A stretch of DNA of 34,632 bases, taken from assembly GCA_000320545.1 (NCBI GenBank), contig ADNK01002806.1:1-34632 (forward strand), given 5' to 3'. Source of the stretch: Bigelowiella natans CCMP2755. Lineage: Eukaryota; Protista; Cercozoa. This document shows, in pieces, positions 26,594 through 34,632 of the stretch. Position 1 is the stretch's first letter; each line of letters opens with the position of its first letter. The position numbers and the translations under genes are program-made. The notes beneath the pieces are model-generated. The model had not been told where the DNA came from, searched no databases, and saw only the letters and a list, made by a program, of their open reading frames with translations.

Positions 26594-28803
26594 TTAATCG
26601 ATTTTGATGGACGAGTAAATCTTAACCACGAAGAGGTATGTGGCAGAGAAGCCAATCGTTCCTGTCAGGATGAAGAACCCGAGCGATATAAGACTCATGT
26701 AGCCAAAGTACAAGGCCGAGGATACAAAGTGGTCAATTCTCATCTTAGTGTAGTAGTACATTACAGAGTACAGGAATAGATATATTGCAGAGAACCCAGA
26801 GGTACAGAAGGAGCGCCACCACCAGTGATAATCCTCGTAGCAGAGTTGGAAGTATGTTGCGACGATGGAGATCTCAGCGCAGGTTATCGTGAGGATCACG
26901 AAGACTATGAACAGAAACCCGAACATGTAGTAGAATTGATGCATCCACACAGAAGACATTATGAAGAAGATTTCGATGAAGCACGCAGCAAAGGGCAGAA
27001 TACCGCCGATCAAAGCCAGGAATGGCGCCTGTGCGTACCAAACTTGCTCAGGAATCTCGTTCGGAAACTTCTTAACCTTCATCGGCAGCTCAGGGGCTGG
27101 CCTTTTCGAGGAAATGTAAGCTCCAATGTAGACTAGAGGCACGTTCATCCCAAACCAAAGCACAAGCAGCGCAATCAAAGTACCAAACGGAACTGCTCCG
27201 GAGCTCTTCTCTCCCCACACCATCGCGTTCAAAATGAAGAAAATCCCGAAGCAAACGCCAGGGAATGCGAAACTCGTGGCGAAGCTGAGCTTTCTCCAGT
27301 CGTCCAGGCCGAGGACCTTCCCGAGGAGGGTAGAAGCAAACCCGGCAAAGATCCCCATGAGAACAAAGAGCAGCAGCATGCTAGTCATCAGCCCCCCACG
27401 ATTAGCGGGAGAAAGGAAGCCAAGCACCGCAAAGAAAAGGGTAATGATGGACATTCCAATGAGCTGGTACCCGGTGCCTACTAGCACGCAGAGCGCATGG
27501 CTGAAGACGGGAGGCCTAAAGACGTCTCCATGGATCAACTTCCAGCCGGTTTCTTCCTGAGCTTCCTCCCTTTCTTCTGGGCTGTTGTATCTAAGGAGGT
27601 CTCGATGCAAGGTGCGGGTGACAATCATGGCGACCATAGCGGAGAGGAAAAGCACCACCGCAATCGAGTTGATGATAGAGAACCAGTGGACCTTAGAATC
27701 AGTCATCTTGAAGTACACATCCCATCGTGATGCCCACTTGATGTTGGAGGACTCCCATTGCACATCGTACGTCCAGAAGATTTCTTCCTCATCAGATCCT
27801 GACACAGGTTGAGGCGCCTGGCTTCTTCGCACGGGGCTGAGCGGCGTGCACGTCTTCAATTTGTTTCCATCTGGGTGGTCTCTATCCAACTCATGCTTCA
27901 CGCTGAAGGCCTCGACTTCGAACGCGACGATCTGTGAACGAAGCAACATCATGAAATCGCAATATCGATATCGAGAAACCAGAAGAGAATTTCATTATGT
28001 AAGGAATCTTACTCGATATCCCAAGAAGGACGCCAAATCTTGATGATAATGGAGGATAAGACGTGCATGATTATTTATGTATGCAATGCCAGTTTCAGTG
28101 TCATCTTGAGGATCCTCTTCGGTTGCAACGAATCCAAGAGCAAACCCTTTAGCGTAGTGAGCTTCGTATTCGCTCTCCCCGTTTTCGCCGATCTAACCAA
28201 CACAAAATACACAGAGGTCGTCTTTACAAATACCGCCTCACACTGCTATGTGTACGATACCTCTTCCGTGTAGTACTTTGTCGCAGCAGGAAGGTTATCG
28301 ATGATCCAATTAACATGGTATTCATCACGGATCTTTGACTCGAATTGCTGCAGCTCATGCTTGCTATATTTCTTGCTGAGAGATTACAATGGATGTTGAT
28401 TTCTTTGCATGGTGAAGAATAAATTTTTTTATAATATATAATCGGGAATGTTAATGTGTATCAACGGCCTAAATAATTTTAGCAAAAGAATGAATACTGA
28501 TCTCCATCTTCACAACCTGCAAAGAATTTTGCAAGACTCGATCATCTTCATGTTGATCTTGTAAAGCGAATTTTCAATCATATCCCCAGAGAGAACTTCC
28601 CCCAGGTTTTCAGCAGACTCGACAACATGACTGGGCTTGCAGAATGGCAGAGAGTAGTAGTCGTAGGGTAACTGCGTCCTCACAGAATCAAGTTTGTTTA
28701 CTTTCAGTGTGACGTTTTCGCCATACTCATAGTTCCTGGGCGATACACCAGGAAGGTAGAAGGCATCAACGATCGTAAGGGAGAGAAGTAACGATATCAG
28801 CAT
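26594..28803 (-). CDS. Transmembrane 9 superfamily (nonaspanin/EMP70, TM9SF2/4-like) protein
   Basis: Signal peptide plus AFYLPGVSP, VNKLDSVRTQLPYDYYSLPFC, ENLGEVLSGD, WASRWDVY, VHWFSIINS, EETGWKLIHGDVFRPP, EDYHWWWRSF and C-terminal KIYSSIKID. Confidence 0.97.
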
Positions 28804-29382
28804 CTTTTTTGGAGTTCTGTTGAACAAAGGGGAAGCGTGCCGTGTGTGTTTCTTCAGAATGGCTCCACTATCTTGTGCCTGTGTTGACGTTCTCTTGTTA
28901 CTCTCTTTCCTCTCTCTCGCCCGTTATTTATATATCCATTCAGCGCATATTTTACTGTATTTCTCCTTCCTTCTATCGATTTTCCAGGGTTAATTAGTTG
29001 TCGTACTTAATATCTTGGAACCCTATCTCTCTTTTATATCTCTCTCTCGAACGATCCAGGCCACGCGGGCTTTCTTACTGGTCCAAACGTTCTAGGAGAA
29101 TCCAACGATGACCTCATAGATCATCTCCCGAGAAGGGAAATCGACCTGAATTCTAGTGCAATTTATGGAAGAGACACTAAAATATGAGGGATTTGTAAAG
29201 TTAACAAAATTTGGTTTGTTCTTATATTTGCGACATATAATATAATTTGTCGCTTGTGTCGCATTAGAGTTGTCTTTCAGTAATCTTCCCAGATTGCCTC
29301 CCCACCCGATCATCGACGTGACGGTGGGTTATTCTAGACTTCTAGTAAATGCCCACACCTTCGAGCCTTTGATATTATCATA

Positions 29383-31344
29383 ATGGTAACCGCCACTCGG
29401 GGCACCTCCTCCTTGTGGAGCTGCACACTGTATCAGAGCCAACGTACTCTAACTCGACGAAGATCTGCTTTCACCTTCCTCGCTTTCATATCGCTCATCC
29501 AGTGCGCCACCAGTCACTACAATCCTCATGATTACCGTCAAGACCACATCCATGATGACAACTTGCAACATGGATTGCTCCTAAGAAGCCATCCAGGACA
29601 GTTCTTCCCTGTCCCTGAGGTGACGTACGATGTTGCTGCTGCTGCTGCTGCTGCTGCTACTACTTATTTACTATTAATACTACTCCTTCATGAAGCTGAC
29701 ACTTTGTTGACTATCAGCCAAACCAGGGCACCTTACGCAGTGCCAAACTGCATCGTGAGTTGTCTCTCCGAGAACCAGCTAGAGAGCGATCATGGAATCC
29801 GACAGCACGAAAACAGCAGTTTGACGAGGACAACGACGACGATCTTGGAGGACTTCAGATCGTGCTTCATCTTAACCAAGGTAGTAGGATGACAAATTCA
29901 TCGTCGACCTCGCTAGACCTGCTATCCTCTAGCTAATTGGATCATAAGAGAATGATATGATGCACAAATCAGGTGAAACTGCGAAGACAGTTGAATTGCT
30001 CCGAAAGAAGGGCTTCGAGATCGCAGGCTACATTCCGCACAATGCCGTTTACCTGCACATCACGAACCCCGAAACGCAACTCTTTGTGATTGAAAGCACC
30101 GTACCCAACATCCGATGGATTGGAATAATGTACGCACGTGTACGTAGTGATTACCATGGATATGAATCATCTCGATATTGCTCTCATCGAACCATTCTTT
30201 ATTATACAGGAGGGAAGAGTGGAAACACGACAGCCACTTATTACTAGAATCAGAAGTAGTCACTGGACACGATCCAAGCATTCGTGATGAGCATGTTGCT
30301 TACGCGGCGAACCCCTTCCTCCATTTTACCATCTTACTCTGCAATAGTAAAGCTTCTGCGATTGTCCGGAAATGGAACGAGAAAGCAGAGAGAGTTGCTG
30401 CTGTCACAACTAGTACTAATCCTGCTACTTCTGACGACGATTCTACCACCGCCTTTCCGCGTAGTATTCGCGCTATTGATGTGAGACGCAATGTGATACA
30501 TGCAAGGTGATAAGTATTCATTTTTACCGTTGCCATCGATCTTGCAGTTTTCGTTTACGGCGGTTGATATTGATGATGACGACGACGACGATGACGATGA
30601 TGATGAAAGCTTAGTGCTTAATTGCAACCACTCCTCATCCCTGTCCCTCCTCCCCTCCCCTCCTCGTCCTTTCAACACAGGGTTGTTCGTGCTGATGCCC
30701 GCCTATTCTTGGCAATGGCGCGGAAGTTGCATTCAGTACATTGGATTGAACGTAGATATCCCAAGAAATTCCACAACTACCAAGCAGCTAAGAGCATCCT
30801 TGGGGAGGAGAGGGGGGGGGGTAGTGATGACAACGAGTCCCATAATCTCATCTGGGAGAAAGGAATCAATGGATCAGGCCAAATTGTTGGGATTCACGGT
30901 ACAAACTATTATTTTCCATTGTACCGCCTTTGATTGAGTTTCGCAAGCTGTGTGCGATTGGAGAGCAGCAGCAGCAGCAGCAGCAGCAGCATGCATGCAT
31001 GCTGACACTAGATAAACAGGTCTGTGTGAATTGGCCATTGATTCGTTATTTTGCAATGGTATGGCCTTCCGTGCTATTATGTAGACACCGGGCTAGACAC
31101 ATCGCATTGCTTCTTTCGGGATCAAGGAACACAGCAGCAGACGAACAGCTCTCCCACCGAGGCCATCAGGTAGAACTAGTGGTATTAGTAGCAGTGTGTA
31201 TATAGTGGTAGTGGTGATGATGATGATGATGATGATGATGATGGGGTGATGACGACAGTGACGGAGATGTGTTTGTCTCACGAACTGCTGCTGCTGCTGT
31301 GTATGAGCGCGTAATAATAACAGTAATAATGATGATAATAATGA

Positions 31345-31375
<31 letters not shown>

Positions 31376-32032
31376 ACCGACGATGCGAATGGTGACCATC
31401 AACCATCAGGTGCAAAGAATGTCCCTTTTCAGCTTTCTTTGAGCCGAGCAACAAGCTCGCAAAATCGGCCATGAAGGTGATTCAATTGTGACAAAGAAGC
31501 GTTTGTTAGCACAATTCTCGAGGATATCTGTAAGTGTTACGCGAGGCTAACCGCTGTCCTCCCCCCCTCCCCCTTCTGTTATTGTTTTTCGATTACTATT
31601 GCTACTGTCACCACATATAAAGGCGATGAACTCTACTATTTGCAATGCAACGCTACTAGATTATCCGATAAAGGTTCCTTGATAATAGTAAAAATGCATA
31701 AAATTACGAACGTGGGGGGCGGCGGGGGGGGGGCATTGGTAACGACGATAATCGTTATAGTAGAAGTAATTACGATAGTAGCGCGAACGATGTTCTTTCC
31801 TGTTTTATGTTGTTTTGTATGTCCAAGATGACAAGATCGTAATATTTATGATGATGATGATGATGATGATGGTGATACTGACCCACCAAGATGGTGACGC
31901 TGAGTTGTGTCTTCATTCTTCTCAGGGGGGAGCACACTACACGCCATATATAAACTTGACAACGAAATGGACAAGGTGCTGCTGCTGCTGCTGCCAAACT
32001 AAGATGCTGACGAATATCAATTACGATGATGA

Positions 32033-32066
<34 letters not shown>

Positions 32067-32323
32067 GATCAAGATGGACGACTTATCTATAAACGGTGTT
32101 CCTTCATCTTCCGTTCACGTTTCTTCTTATACTTTTCCACTCGTTTATGCTTCGACTCCTGCTCCTGCTCTCTGCTCCTCCGTGGTTCTGCTCATTATTC
32201 ATTTACTCGATGCAGAAAGGCCAACGTCTCCCTCGCATATGATGTCAAATACTTCTTAGCTGCGCTAACAGGTGGTGGTGGTGGTGGGGGGGGGGGGGGG
32301 GGTGGTGGTGGTAATAGTAGTAA

Positions 32324-32355
<32 letters not shown>

Positions 32356-33322
32356 ATAGTCGTAGTAGGAGAGATGGGGGGTGGTGTAACCTCAAGAAAT
32401 GTGTGAATCAACTGTTCTTATCATGACTCAAAAAACAGCATTGTTCGCTACAAGTCGAGAAAAAAAAAATGATGGTCGTTGTAGTAACTATTATGACCTA
32501 CTGCTTGAATACTTCAGGAAATGAGAGTCTGAGGCAATCTCCCACCCAAGACCTCGTGGATGAGTTCTGCCCTCTCTTTTCGTCGTCATCTGGAGAGGGG
32601 GAGGGAGAGCGTAATCTTCAAGACGTTTGCTGTGGAATGGACCCTTACGGTAACGAAGGTGGCTAATGATGAAGAAATGGGGGAGGAGAAGGGGGTGGGG
32701 GATGGAGGGGGGTACAGGAGCGACTAGGATGCAATCGATTAAATGTTCTTCATTAAAAAAAGGAAGAATTAGATGAGGATGATGAAGATGATCTATCAAC
32801 GTTGTTGCTGTTATTTGCCATTCCTCGTGGAGAAGCATTTCCCTGATGGAATGTCGCAGCAGCAGTAGAGTATGGATGGACAAATGATTTCCTCCCTCTT
32901 CTTCTTCGCCTTGTTGTCAGGCAATTCATCAGTTATGGCGCAAAAAGGATTTGACCTTCCGCTGAGGACTCGAGCATTGGCACTAGCGCTACTGCACAAC
33001 GGTATATGTGCATTATCGCCAGCACCATCATCATCATCATCATCATCAACAACAACAACAACAACCGCAACAACAACTACAACACTAGTAGCGGTGTTAT
33101 TCGTTGTCGCCATCCATCACCATGCTTTCGCACAGCATGTTTCAGGCTCTTCTACTACATGTATGCTTAGATTGAAGTATTACTTGTCGATGACTCCGAT
33201 GTTGTACCTTCCTTCCTTTCTCTCATCATGTTCTCATCAGGGATTACGTGCTGCCCCAATTCAAAGAGTCTCGAAAACATGGACTACACGGTAGTGGGGA
33301 GGGGGTCACGATGATAATACAC

Positions 33323-33382
<60 letters not shown>

Positions 33383-34632
33383 TACATAGTTAGACGATGA
33401 TGATAATGGTGCACCATGCATGCTGTGCATGTCACAATTACACAAAATGGTGATGACTCATGATCTCGATGAGTGATGAATAACAATGATGCAGAAGGAT
33501 GCTACGAAAAAAGAGTGCTGGAAAAAGTGTAAGGTACTCGTTATGAAGCGTTGTGAACGATTGAGGTGCACGTTCTTTTGCTGTTTGTCGCTCAAATTCA
33601 TCTACTCGCTGCACGTTCTTTTGCTGTTTGTCGCTCAAATTCATCTACTCGCTGATCTGCTGCTGCCAGGTGCGCAGCACTCGATCCAGGAAGGTCCTTG
33701 CCTACTGGTACTGCTATCGATGCATCGTTATGATGATATTTTGAGCAGCTGCTGCTGGGAAAAATGAGATGGAGTGAGAAGGGGGGGGGGGGGGAGAGAA
33801 GGAGCAATATGCATTTATGTACCATACAATCTCATATCCATCATCATCATGACCTTGAGCACTCATTACCAGCCTCAATTAAGGGTCGTTATCCCCCTCT
33901 CATAAATAACCATTCTCATCTTAACGCAAGCGAAAAAATAATCTTCTTGCGTTGTATCATCATGTTTGTTTTTTAACTCGGCCACCCCCCTCCCCCCCCC
34001 CCCCCTTTTTTCCCAATAGGGAGTTTGCGGACTCTGGTGATCGTGTGGATGGCCATGGCACTCATGTCTCAGGGTGAGTGACGACGACGATAACGATGAT
34101 GATGGTGATGATGATATGATAAATATAATTACCAACCTCTCCTCCTCCTCCAGGTCAGTAGCAGGATATGCTGCAGATCCATCAGCTCCTATCAATAAAT
34201 ACAAGGGAATAGCGCCTGGTAGTTGTGGATGCAACACGGATCAGTAGCACTCAATGCTATTGTTTGAGTCATTATAAGACAAGTTTATTCACAATGTCAC
34301 TTGAAGAAGAAGAAGAAGAAGATGATGATGATGATCGTTTATTTCCATTCAAAAACATAAATATATTGAATGATTACTTAGGCGCGCGCATCGTATTTAG
34401 TGACGCGTCGACTCGCAAAGGGTACCACAGGATAGGAGGGGGGGGGGGGGGGGGGGGGGCAAAAAGAACACCTTGGGTTTTTTTTTTTTTCTTCCCCCCC
34501 CCCCCCATGGGATTTTGCAGGGGGGTTTTTGGGGTTTTTTTCCCCAAAAACCCTTTTTTTCTAAAAAGAAAAAAATTTATATAAAAACCGGCGGGGGGGG
34601 GTTTTATTTGGTTTCGGGGTGGGGGGGGGGTT
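29383..34632 (+). CDS. Subtilisin-like S8 serine protease (KP-43/TagABC-like), many exons, truncated by the window end
   Basis: Propeptide GYIPHNA and VHWIE. IWEKGINGSGQIVGIH|DTGLDTSHCFF has its catalytic Asp codon split by intron 30899-31084. Then RKVLAYW|EFAD...DGHGTHVSG|SVAG (His at 34054-34056) and KGIAP|GARIVFSD. The catalytic Ser lies beyond the window. Confidence 0.88.
33567..33652 (+). repeat. Exact 43-bp tandem duplication, probably intronic
   Basis: TGCACGTTCTTTTGCTGTTTGTCGCTCAAATTCATCTACTCGC at 33567-33609 and 33610-33652. Confidence 0.9.

Noticed and set aside
26552-27812. Plus-strand ORFs opposite TM9SF
   Set aside because: They are antisense to a clearly conserved coding exon.
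34438-34632. Poly-G/T/C/A tail resembling a G-quadruplex or telomere-like end
   Set aside because: The homopolymer pattern is typical of degraded read quality at a contig end and has no regular repeat unit.

Overview
Gene-dense, intron-rich eukaryotic nuclear DNA with microsatellite-laden introns. It is probably a protist with a complex plastid (chlorarachniophyte-like; this is an inference). About 9-10 spliced genes are visible: a tandem DH-PH-FYVE-DH-PH RhoGEF, a type II membrane glycosyltransferase-like protein, one or two hypothetical proteins, a dual-specificity phosphatase, a divergent CPA1 Na+/H+ exchanger, a multi-pass membrane protein, an acyl-protein thioesterase/carboxylesterase, a TM9SF nonaspanin and a 3'-truncated S8 subtilase. 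The standout signal is a ~2.3 kb block (~9900-12250) in which TpA is almost abolished: none in ~875 bp, and most survivors are YTAR, mainly CTAG. TG/CA is in excess while CpG is retained. The block contains a 1.3 kb TIR element whose apparent TA target-site duplication reads TG/CA, and whose internal ORF has His/Cys where Tyr would fit. This looks like repeat-directed, double-stranded A-to-G (TpA to TpG/CpA) hypermutation, distinct from fungal RIP and from CpG decay. All counts and splice models were made by eye.
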